Source: Schizochytrium sp. TIO01 (Eukaryota; Protista; Bigyra: Labyrinthulomycetes). Taken from it: a stretch of 64,000 nt of DNA. This document shows positions 11,101-20,804 of the stretch, piece after piece. The first letter of the stretch is position 1, and every line of letters starts with the position of its first letter. Below the pieces are notes generated by a model. That model was not told the origin of the DNA. It saw nothing but the letters and a program-made list of their open reading frames with translations, and ran no database searches. A program made the position numbers and the translations under genes. The stretch is from contig SMSO01000025.1 in NCBI GenBank assembly GCA_004764695.1, forward strand, positions 4,504,862-4,568,861. The letters are read 5' to 3'.

Positions 11101-14100
11101 TTACACCTGTTCTGCTACCGTGTAGTGTTGCCACACCTCGTCATGCTCCATGGTTTCCCGTACATTTGGATGTACAACTTTGTGCAAAATATCAATAACT
11201 CCGTCAGCATGTTCCTGCAGAGCCCCCGTGTCCGGCTCAATCAACGTTAACAACTTTGTCACAGGATCAGCACGCAGCAAGTGAGGTGCCATAGCATCCA
11301 ATATATCCAAAGCAACCTGCTGCTCCGCATCATTTGCTCCACTTGCGAAAAGTTCCACCAACTTAATGTCCAAGTCGGTATTTGATGCTAGATGTTCAGC
11401 CCAGCTATCAAAAGCAGCCAGAGCCCTAAGCACCTTGAGATGTTCGTCACGATGCTTCACCCGTGTTAAACCCAACACCAGTCGAGGTCCAAGACCAGCT
11501 GTAGATAAAGCTGCGGCCTCATCAGGACAACGCTCAACCATGATCACAATAGCACGGGCCATCAGACCTCTCGACTTCTGTTCGCTGCTCTCTGATCTCA
11601 AACTAGGGTTTGAGTCTTCATGCTTGCTCCTATCTCTAGCTTGCTCGGATGGTGGTGGAGGGGGTGCCCGTGTCGGCTTGAGGTCTTGTTTGATACTTAG
11701 TTCATTTGCGGAATAACCCCCATTCTCAGCAAAATCAGAACTTGAGCCTTCGCCTTCTTCGTCAACAGCATGCGTAGAGGAAGGTTTGTTTCTACGAGAA
11801 GGCACAGGTGGCGGAGCTCCTTTTGCAAGTACCGCAGAAGCCTGCCGCCGAGGAACGGGCGGAGGAGCTTTCCGGCTCCCTTGTCCATTACTACTATCAG
11901 TTGCCTGTGTAAATGCCGTCAAGAGGTCACGAAGAAATCCTGGCTCGTCTTCCAGTAAAAACTCTGTATTCTTTTTCTCTACCTGACCAAGAAATGCTCG
12001 GACAAAAACACCGCCTACGCACAGCTCAGCATCGATTTCTGGATAGCTCACGCGCTCGATTGGACTATCTTGAGACTGAACAACAGCGTCCTTGAGTCTT
12101 GCTAAAGCATTAGAAGACCACATCAACTCTGGTTCTGCAACATGTGCACGTTGAATCGTCTCTGTTAAGGTGCCCTTGCGCAATGCACGTACAATACCAA
12201 CAGGAATAAAGACTAGCAGTAAAGCATCAGGGCACTTACGCAAGAGCTTGATCGCCAAATCACGGCGAGAGTTTCTATCTGAGACCAATTTAGCTGAGCT
12301 TGCATTACTCCCTGCTACTGCATCTTCCGGTAGTACGGAGTTTGACTTATCTTCAACTTCAACTTCCATATCATTGAGTGCAATATTCAAAAGTTCACGC
12401 ACATCTTCAGCACCGCCGAGAAATGGGAGACTAGAAAGCAATCGAAGATCCAGTAAGCTCGCCTCACGACTACACTCGGGCATTGCCATACTCTCACGCA
12501 ACGAGCTTTGCACGGCGTCACTAAGAGATGGCTGCCGCTCGCAAAATGTTTCCAGAGAGTCCACTGCACTTTCTTTTAGCTCGGGTACGTTCAAGTTTGC
12601 AACTATAGATGGTATCACAGGAGGCTGAGCAAGAATGAGAACATTCGTAATTGCAGCGAGAGCATCTGGCCCAACAAATGAAGTAATCCCTGCCACAGCG
12701 ACAAGATTTTCAGCTAAAGGTGTTTCTTCATGCGCTCGCAGTAACTCCATCACAGTTGATGCAGGCGCCTCAAGCTCTTCTACTGCAGATGCCTTGTCTT
12801 TACACTCCACGAATAGGCGCACATAGAGACCTCCAATGCACCGTTCGCTAACTTGCAAATCTGGAAGAATGTCAGCCTCGGGAGATGTGGACAAAAAGTC
12901 TACGATTTGTGATCGCATGCTTGCATCCCACACCACTGTGGGGCTAGTAATCGAGTCAGCATTTACAGTTGCAAGAAGCTTGCTTGGGTTAGGTTCTCGC
13001 AAAAGGCGCATCACAGGCGGGGTCAGAGCAGCTCCCAACGCACGAGTCACATTCTCATTACGCGGCGATGAGAGTTCTCTTGTGGAAAGCAAACCACCAA
13101 GACGTGCAAGGGCACGTGCCGCATGTTTTGCAGAAACTGGGCTGTCCGGTCGGAACAACAGAGGTAATACGGCCCAAACAAAGCCTCGTTTGTACATATC
13201 ATTCTGAAGATTTTCATCATCTGCAAGACGTGCAATTACTTGTAAAGTGCTCTGCACAGTGGCATCCAAAGATTCTTTGTGCTCAGCAGTATGCAGGACC
13301 TTCAGCAGCTGAGGCCACAACTTCTCCAGATTGCCAGGCTCGCGAACGCGGGCTTTCGACTTGCCAAGAGATGCCCATAGCACTAACGTACGCAGGCCTT
13401 CAGCAAGTGGTAGTCCAGTTTCAGGATTCTCTGCCGAAAGAATTGTTTCCACTGCGCCACGGTCTGCAAGGTCAACTGCGTGTTTGGGTGACGCTGCACT
13501 CAGCGCATGCGCTAGAAGCATCGCAGCCTGCACAAGCTCAATCTCTGAACTTTGTAAGGCATCCATAAGTAAATCAAGAGCAGAGTATGGGTGACCATGC
13601 AGCTCACTTTTGTACTGTTGATATAATAGAGCTTGTGTCTGTAAAAGCAACTTACTAGAAACACCTCTACCTGGAGACCTGCTTGCAAGTGTGCGATAAG
13701 CAGCTTGCAAACGCGTCAGACCTTTAGCATCTAGATCCGATTTGCTCGCTTGCTCGCGAAATGCAGAATTTAAGGTTTCTAGGTCAACGTTATCCTCGCC
13801 TTGGGATTCAGAAAGCCCCAGTAATACCCTTGCATCATGCTGAGGGCCACCATTTGTATCCCGTCGTTCAGACTCTGTTCGCCATATTTCAATAATTCCT
13901 TCCAAAAGGGAAACAGGGTTATCTATGTCTAATTCCCCAGGTGACATAGGTGCGAGGCGATTGATATAGTACCCGTTGCAAAAATACTCGTCCTCAAGGT
14001 CAGTGAATACTACTGGAGGAGTTGGCCCCCCGCGGTATTCAGCAAGATGAGCGCGCACCTGCTCGCGCATCTCAGACGTCCAAATAACATCAGCTCCGCT

Positions 14101-17100
14101 CACATCGTTGCCTGCATAGACTTCCGCAAATCGTTCAGCACCATCTCGTTCCAGAACGCAAACAAGGCTCTCAGGGATAAAATTTAGCAGATTCGCACGT
14201 TGATAAGGAAGTAACGCATCAAGAAGGCACGCTACCTTCACAAGAGCATCTTTATTTTCAACCAAAAGGGCAGACTCTAAAACACCAGTTTGATGAATTC
14301 CAGCAAGTGCTTGCTTGTCAGCACCGTAACTTATCGTTGTACACAGCAAGTCTGCGACAGCTGGTGCTACCGAAGGTACTTCCATTGCTCGACAGATTTG
14401 TTGCCATGTGCTCATTTCACAGATTAAGCGGATTGCACGCGGTGGTGGGCGCAGTTGGCGCCCTTGAGCATCTGTGGTGGACTGAAGTGATGCTAGCTCA
14501 CGGAGAAGGTCCAACGCAGCACTACTTACGGTAAAAGCTGAAGCATCGGTCTTTTCAGTATCTTCACGACCCAGCGGAAGGGTAGCCACAAGAGACGACA
14601 CGGTGGAGTGATGCAGTACCAGACGAATAAGGTTTACCTTGGAAGCCACACATGCGCGAACTGCGGCAAGTAACAGCAGCTGGATCTTTGTGTCCCTGCA
14701 TTGTGCTACCCTATCAACAAGAAAGCATACATCAGCAAAGTCTCCAATTGCTGGACCATGACAGCGATAAACGAGCTCCATTGCTCGAAGACTATCTTCC
14801 GGATGTTCGTCCTTTAAATATTGATTATATAAGGCCCCAAAAACCTCTTTTGGTTCTCGGACTTGGCGAGCAGCCTCATCAGAACTCAGAATTAGTCTCA
14901 TGTAAGCAGGTCCAGCCATGACCTCGTCACGCAAAGATTTGTATTCCACTGCGAACTCCTCGTAGTTCCAGCTATATGAAGATAAAGAGCCTGGCGCTAG
15001 TAGAAATTTAAGCTCCTGATCGAGAGATGCTAAAAGTTCACTACGTGTTTCTGCATTCCAAATTAAGTTCGGTGTTTCATGGGTTTGCTCAATAACATGA
15101 AACACACCATCCAACATGTCATTGCGCCGCATATGCGCAACTCCATTTGCAATCTCTTTAGTTAGGGGTTGTCCTGGGCGATGTCCACTACGCAAAGTAT
15201 GAATTGCAAGGTCTAGCCTCTTTTCCAAAGCTGTACGGCGAAGTGCTGGCGCAGCAGCCTCTTCATCCATATGGTTAGCTGCGTTTACTTGGATTTGGCC
15301 TGTGGAGAACAGACCTGATGGTAAAATTCTATGCATAAGAGCTTCACCTTTTCTGTTACTAATGGTGAAGTTATGTACCAAGCACTGGCTCGCAAATCCA
15401 CGAGCATCAAGAGATCCAAAGATCGCCTCACGCATCTCTTGTAGAAACACACCCGTACGTAGTGCTTCCTCCTGGATAGCTTCTAGCTCTGTGGACAGAC
15501 CACTCTCTTCAATTGCTACTCGCAGTAATAGTGCAATGCTCTCAAGAGTCTCTAGTACCCGATAGTGGAGACTCGCTACGATTTCACTCGGCATGCGCAA
15601 AAGTGTCTCAAGCATGCGCTGGTAAATATCTTCTGGTGTGGAGTCACGGCCTGAGACAATGCATTGTTCAAAGATAGATGCCGCCCGCGCACTTACCAAA
15701 GCGTTTGATGAATACTTCCGCCAAACTGAAGCCAGAGAATCAATAAGATTAGGTGTCAAAAGAGCAATCTTGTTGGCTGTTTCAGCGGCTTGGTCGCGGG
15801 ATTTATCTCTTACTCCCCGGCCCAGCAAAGCGCTAAGGATTTCAAGTCCTTTGATTACAATCATGTCATTGTTGGCCTGAATCGACACTGTAAGAACCGA
15901 AATAATCTCAAAAGTCTGCATCGCTGAGATATTATAGAGTCCACCCATGTCGCGCCGATCCACCATACGCAGTATAACTTCTAGTGCTTGCAAACTAGCT
16001 CGAGGGTGCACCTTTTCTGGATCTGCGCGAATAAGCAACCCAGTGAGGAAAATAAATGCCACAGCGCCTGCGCCATGTAGATCGTTGCTTGACTTAAATT
16101 GTGCAAGGGTCATACTGTGCAAAGGCCAGCTGCTGTTACCAGTAAAGTCTGCGCAAGCTTGCAATAAACGCTGTAGATGCACATTGTGAAGTTGCGATCC
16201 GAGCTCCTTGATTTGTTGTGAAGCAGCAAGTGTCAAGATCCGCCGAAAGTAAAGCATTTCCATTTCATGCGGCGGCACGACATGCCGAGGCACAACGCGA
16301 CATGCCCCCCGTGGCCGTATCGGTAGGAGTGGTACTCGGGATTTCCGGCGAGAACATGCATCAAGGAGCTGAGCTAGAAAGCTATCGCGCTTGCCAGAGC
16401 GAGATTCTGCATCTTCCTCGTCTATTGTATACTCTAGATCCTGTTCCTCACTATGCAAGAGAATATCAAAATCTCCATCAAATTCAATTGGTCGCACAAG
16501 AACAAAGACTCGGGTCAACGACCGTACGGACAAGATTAGGTCACTATCACGTTCAAGTTCAACAAGGTGCCGGGTTGTGACACGCAAACGGATAGGCTGT
16601 TGGTCGTCTGACCCACCACGCTTTTTCACAGCAAACTCGCAAACAGTTTGAGAAGCAACAGCAGCGCGTGCGTACGCACGTCCCATGGCCTCCCATTCCT
16701 CCGTTGCCAGGTTTTGTGAAGAAAAGATTACCGGAATGTTACTAGCACGACAGCTTGCTTGCATTGCGTTTGTGATAACTCGGATGTGTGGGCCTAGTCG
16801 AAATGCTCGAGGTCGCTTGTCGATTCCAGATACAAAAACAATAGAGTCCTGATTTAGTTGCTGCACACATTCAATGTCTACATATCGATAGGCATGCAGA
16901 ATACGTGTAGCATTTTCATCAGCAACCTCGACCAAACCACTCTCTCCTGCGACCAAAAGGCAGTCACGCGTACGTCCAGGTCTTCTACGGGATACTTTGT
17001 CCACTCGAAACACAGTTTGGCGTCCAGCATGTTTTTTGGCGTTCAGTGTACTTAATAATTCACCTCGACATGGGCTCCAAAACGTCATTGTTGATTTTCC

Positions 17101-17520
17101 ACTACCAAATGACAAAGCTCCTCCTCCTCCGTTGCTAAGAAGCAATTGAAACCTTCCTGCTGTAGATGGCATGTGTTCCTCAGAGGAACCCGCTTCATCT
17201 CGATCAGGGGTGTGCTGCTGAGAATTACCTCGAGATTTTCCTTGTTGATTGTTGCTTTGGGTTCCTGTAGGTTTCCAAGTAATAAGTTTCGAACCAACTC
17301 CACTGTTAACCTCTGATGGGTCATTAGGGTCTGGTAATATGATTTCTTCGAGTTGATCAAATCGCCAACGATTAGTCACTTGCGCTGTATTTGGATCTAC
17401 ATTGACAAACCCCGTCATGCCGATTTCAAAAGTACGTAGATACTCTCCTCGTAACTTGTGCTGTTTAACCGCAATAAATCTGTGTGTTATAGGCCCTGGG
17501 ATGCCATCTTTGGTCGACAT
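11101..17520 (-). CDS. RME-8/DNAJC13/GRV2-family endosomal protein (divergent)
   Basis: 2139-aa ORF. N-terminal KQHKLRGEYLRTF...DPNTAQVTNRW matches the RME-8 PH-like start. Four IWN-type repeats (LIWNAETRSEL, VIWTSEMREQV, VVWDASMRSQI, LMWSSNAL), each followed by an EL..GG.Y/F.R-like segment. Also RPPPRAIR and a degenerate J-like segment. Confidence 0.88.
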   Translation of the reverse strand: MSTKDGIPGPITHRFIAVKQHKLRGEYLRTFEIGMTGFVNVDPNTAQVTNRWRFDQLEEIILPDPNDPSEVNSGVGSKLITWKPTGTQSNNQQGKSRGNSQQHTPDRDEAGSSEEHMPSTAGRFQLLLSNGGGGALSFGSGKSTMTFWSPCRGELLSTLNAKKHAGRQTVFRVDKVSRRRPGRTRDCLLVAGESGLVEVADENATRILHAYRYVDIECVQQLNQDSIVFVSGIDKRPRAFRLGPHIRVITNAMQASCRASNIPVIFSSQNLATEEWEAMGRAYARAAVASQTVCEFAVKKRGGSDDQQPIRLRVTTRHLVELERDSDLILSVRSLTRVFVLVRPIEFDGDFDILLHSEEQDLEYTIDEEDAESRSGKRDSFLAQLLDACSRRKSRVPLLPIRPRGACRVVPRHVVPPHEMEMLYFRRILTLAASQQIKELGSQLHNVHLQRLLQACADFTGNSSWPLHSMTLAQFKSSNDLHGAGAVAFIFLTGLLIRADPEKVHPRASLQALEVILRMVDRRDMGGLYNISAMQTFEIISVLTVSIQANNDMIVIKGLEILSALLGRGVRDKSRDQAAETANKIALLTPNLIDSLASVWRKYSSNALVSARAASIFEQCIVSGRDSTPEDIYQRMLETLLRMPSEIVASLHYRVLETLESIALLLRVAIEESGLSTELEAIQEEALRTGVFLQEMREAIFGSLDARGFASQCLVHNFTISNRKGEALMHRILPSGLFSTGQIQVNAANHMDEEAAAPALRRTALEKRLDLAIHTLRSGHRPGQPLTKEIANGVAHMRRNDMLDGVFHVIEQTHETPNLIWNAETRSELLASLDQELKFLLAPGSLSSYSWNYEEFAVEYKSLRDEVMAGPAYMRLILSSDEAARQVREPKEVFGALYNQYLKDEHPEDSLRAMELVYRCHGPAIGDFADVCFLVDRVAQCRDTKIQLLLLAAVRACVASKVNLIRLVLHHSTVSSLVATLPLGREDTEKTDASAFTVSSAALDLLRELASLQSTTDAQGRQLRPPPRAIRLICEMSTWQQICRAMEVPSVAPAVADLLCTTISYGADKQALAGIHQTGVLESALLVENKDALVKVACLLDALLPYQRANLLNFIPESLVCVLERDGAERFAEVYAGNDVSGADVIWTSEMREQVRAHLAEYRGGPTPPVVFTDLEDEYFCNGYYINRLAPMSPGELDIDNPVSLLEGIIEIWRTESERRDTNGGPQHDARVLLGLSESQGEDNVDLETLNSAFREQASKSDLDAKGLTRLQAAYRTLASRSPGRGVSSKLLLQTQALLYQQYKSELHGHPYSALDLLMDALQSSEIELVQAAMLLAHALSAASPKHAVDLADRGAVETILSAENPETGLPLAEGLRTLVLWASLGKSKARVREPGNLEKLWPQLLKVLHTAEHKESLDATVQSTLQVIARLADDENLQNDMYKRGFVWAVLPLLFRPDSPVSAKHAARALARLGGLLSTRELSSPRNENVTRALGAALTPPVMRLLREPNPSKLLATVNADSITSPTVVWDASMRSQIVDFLSTSPEADILPDLQVSERCIGGLYVRLFVECKDKASAVEELEAPASTVMELLRAHEETPLAENLVAVAGITSFVGPDALAAITNVLILAQPPVIPSIVANLNVPELKESAVDSLETFCERQPSLSDAVQSSLRESMAMPECSREASLLDLRLLSSLPFLGGAEDVRELLNIALNDMEVEVEDKSNSVLPEDAVAGSNASSAKLVSDRNSRRDLAIKLLRKCPDALLLVFIPVGIVRALRKGTLTETIQRAHVAEPELMWSSNALARLKDAVVQSQDSPIERVSYPEIDAELCVGGVFVRAFLGQVEKKNTEFLLEDEPGFLRDLLTAFTQATDSSNGQGSRKAPPPVPRRQASAVLAKGAPPPVPSRRNKPSSTHAVDEEGEGSSSDFAENGGYSANELSIKQDLKPTRAPPPPPSEQARDRSKHEDSNPSLRSESSEQKSRGLMARAIVIMVERCPDEAAALSTAGLGPRLVLGLTRVKHRDEHLKVLRALAAFDSWAEHLASNTDLDIKLVELFASGANDAEQQVALDILDAMAPHLLRADPVTKLLTLIEPDTGALQEHADGVIDILHKVVHPNVRETMEHDEVWQHYTVAEQV

Positions 17521-18816
17521 TTTCTCTGCCGCGCCTAGATCCTTACGTTACAAGATGGTTTCCGCCCGCAAGTGTTTTTTCAAGAGCTCTCTGGTCCTTG
17601 AGATGGCACTTCAAATATGTCTCTCTAGATGTCTTGACAAAAACAATTTCCACCCGTATGTTCTCTCGAGTCGATGAAGAGCTATAGAGATTATCTTCAC
17701 AGCTCCAAAGTTTGAAGATATGATATGGAAGAATATTGACGCCCAGGACCGATCTGTATTCGTGCCAATCTGGCGTCCTCAAGCTCAATAGAGCTGGACC
17801 ACAACGTTCCTCCGGCTTCCCTGAGACTAGGCACGGTCGGTCCCAGTGCACGCTCTTATGCAAGATTGGCACCCTAGAGCAAGGTCGCCACGACCCGCGT
17901 TTGGGTTATCTTTGATGATGATGGGTCTGTAACCTCAACTTTTTGGATCTCTGTTTTAATATTTGGTCATTCCTTTGCTTATTACTTACCTTATTTATCC
18001 TAAGGTCTCTGTAATTAGAGGCCCCCAAGATTAATCTGCCAAAATACCCAGTAATCTACAAGGAAATAGTAATTAACTTCGCTTGCCCTCGCTGGCACTA
18101 CAAATCAGGCGCTTTGTTCTACAGTCAATTCCTAGCTTCGCCTCTAGAGTACACAGTGCACGCGTATTGTTTTAAAAAAACCAACAGCCGAGAGTGCTGA
18201 ATTGTTTCAAGCTCCTTGCTGTACCTTTTTTGGAATCGAAAATGAGGGCGTTATAGATGTAACTAATTTTTAATAAAGAATAAAGTTGATCCTTTTCAGG
18301 CTTCACGTTCTGCAGGAACCGCATGTGAAGAATGCCCAGATGCAAGGCGAGGCTGCTAGATGGGTCCCTTTGCATGAATTACACTCTATAATACAGATCG
18401 GATTTGCGTAGGACACGCCGAGATGTGAAATAATGGTAGACCGTGCATATGGAACGTGCCGGGATTCTAGGGGCGGAGTGGGCCATGAGACGTACATTGA
18501 AGGGACTCGTTTTACACGGGCTACTGACGTCCATAGTAAAACCATTTTTATTAGGGGAAGGTATTATGTAAAATACTTACAATGATTGCGCGTATAAAGT
18601 CTAAAAGGTGAGTAATGGGTTGATCAGAAAGGTATACTAGGTGTGCTAATATGCTGGTCTTAGAGTTCTTTACAGTGATAAGGTCCACTAAGCAATTGCA
18701 AAAGCAGACCAACCCACAGATGTCTGACTGTGATTCGCACAGGCCTCAATCTAGGTGGCACTATGATGAGTACAAACTCCTTCCACATATTCTAAATAGA
18801 TGAAAAGAAAGGTAGA

Positions 18817-20251
18817 TTATGAGCTACCAACAGCAACACCCCAGCTGCCGACATTGCCAACTCCTCGTCGCCCTCCGCCGCCTCGTCGCTGGTCATCGTT
18901 TGTCTTTGTCTTTTCACCTTCAAGCTCACGTTGATGTGCACGAAGGCATTCCATACTGCAATAGCGATAGTCAAGACGTGTAAAAGGCTCACGCTTCGCA
19001 CTGTAATCTTTGCCACAAGGTCCGTCGCATTTCCAACGAGGACGGGCTTTAGGCTTGGGTGGTTCTGGAGGTATATACCACGATAATGCATCAATTATGT
19101 TACCTCCGCATATACCGAGAATGGACTCTCTTGGAACTCCAGCTCGCGCTAGACAGACTTGCAAGCGAGCTAGACCATGCACATAACCGTCGCCGCCTTG
19201 TTTACTAAGATGGATCTTAAAGCAAGTCCCAGAGCGAACACAGACACGATCGCACACACCCTCTCGATAGAATCGAGATATCGCAGCAGCCATGATGTCT
19301 ACGCCCAGTTCACTCGATGTGCTTGCTCCAATGCTGAGAAAATCAAAGACAAGCAGTTTCTCCATAATTTGAGTAATTCCATCAGAAAAGGCTTCAAGCC
19401 CTATATAGGGGCGAGGAAGGGCTTCTAGCAAACCCACTAAAAGCAATCGGGGCTTCTGTGGATTATCCACAGGTGCTGGCTGAAAAGCATCATTAAAAGT
19501 GGCAACTATTTGCAAGCAAGCACTGAAAACATGCTCAAAAACAGGTAATGAACCAAGGTAGGCATTTACATCATTCCCAAGTGTTTCAACCATTCCCTGA
19601 GCTAAACTAGATACATTGACAATAATCGGCGGGTAGCAATTGCCTTTCCTTTCTCCAATAGCCTTTTGGGCTAGGGCTGCAGCTGTGATGACAGTATCAA
19701 TGTCTGTTTCATCTTCGATGTCAAGTTCGCCGATGAAACCGCAAATTGGGCTTTTTTGTACTTCTCCATGAAGGTCGCTGATGAATCTGTTTTGCAAAGA
19801 TTCGCAGTCAAGCTTAGATCCAGAAGCCGAGGCCTGGCTGCGAGCCCATCCGGATCCTAGCACAATCGTGATTTTCGTGCGGCGGGATTGTAATCGCGCT
19901 GCTGCTTGGAGTAAAGCTTCTCTATCCTGATTCCTTTCTGGAGGCGATCCTTCACAAATAACTAAAGATGATGCACCAAAGCTAAGATCCTCCACTACAT
20001 TCCCTGCGTGTGCAAGCTCATTTTCGACCTCGTCAGCGCTCGAGCAAAGCGAATAGTTACGAGCAAACCGTCTCGGCTCGGCTCGTAGCTTCCCCAGAAT
20101 TGTCAAGCTCGATCTTGTCAAGCTCCAGCTCATTGAGCTTTGAGCCATACAGACCAGAGCTCGTGCTCCATGTCACTCGTTCCGGGATGAGAGTGATCCC
20201 GGAGAGCTCTCCCTCGGTTGGAAGGCGCGCCCCTGAGGCAGACACCAACAT
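18817..20251 (-). CDS. Phosphotriesterase-related (PTER-like) amidohydrolase-fold protein with C-terminal Vms1-type treble-clef zinc finger; one frameshift near 20098
   Basis: The ATG at 20251 frame (GITLIPERV...DKIELDN) joins the 18817..20148 frame (LGKLRAEPRRFARNYSL) if one T at 20098-20099 is removed, giving about 477 aa. PTER-like blocks: GFIGELDI, AAALAQKA, TCFKIHLSKQGGDGYVH, GVPRESI...GGNIIDALSW. C-terminal CDGPCGK...PFTRLDYRYCSMECLRAH. Confidence 0.75.
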
Positions 20252-20804
20252 ATTTAGTTTGTTGTTTAGTTACGAAAGTATCTCCAAGAGTAACAAGTGA
20301 GGTTTAAACTTCTTCATTTGTATTTGGCGGTAATAAATAAAAAATTTACGTAGATTTGAATACACCCTGCGACATTAATATTCTACATGCATGAGCAGTG
20401 CAGTAGTGCGTTCCAATTCCAGGCAAACTACATCTTACTAGAAAATTAAGTATTAAAGTGCCCAGTGTTGTATCAGTATTTCAATAGCTAAACAAATATC
20501 CCAGATGTCAATTGTGTAAAATGGAACTTATCAGAAATGTTATGTATGTGCCTCGGGATGGCTTATCCTATCATGAATGCAGAGCTAAGCCATCCGGTGA
20601 GTCCCTCTTCTGTCGTTTGCTTTGGTACGCAATGCAGTAGATACTTCATGTTTTCTGGTTCAAGATTCATTTTCATAGTAGAAGAAACTAAACAACACGC
20701 GAGACCTGAATTACAAGATGGTGGCCCTAGTTTTGAAGCACGTTTGAGTCCAAGAAACGAGACTGATGTTAAAAATTCGATTTACACGGACCGAAAGATC
20801 GGCA

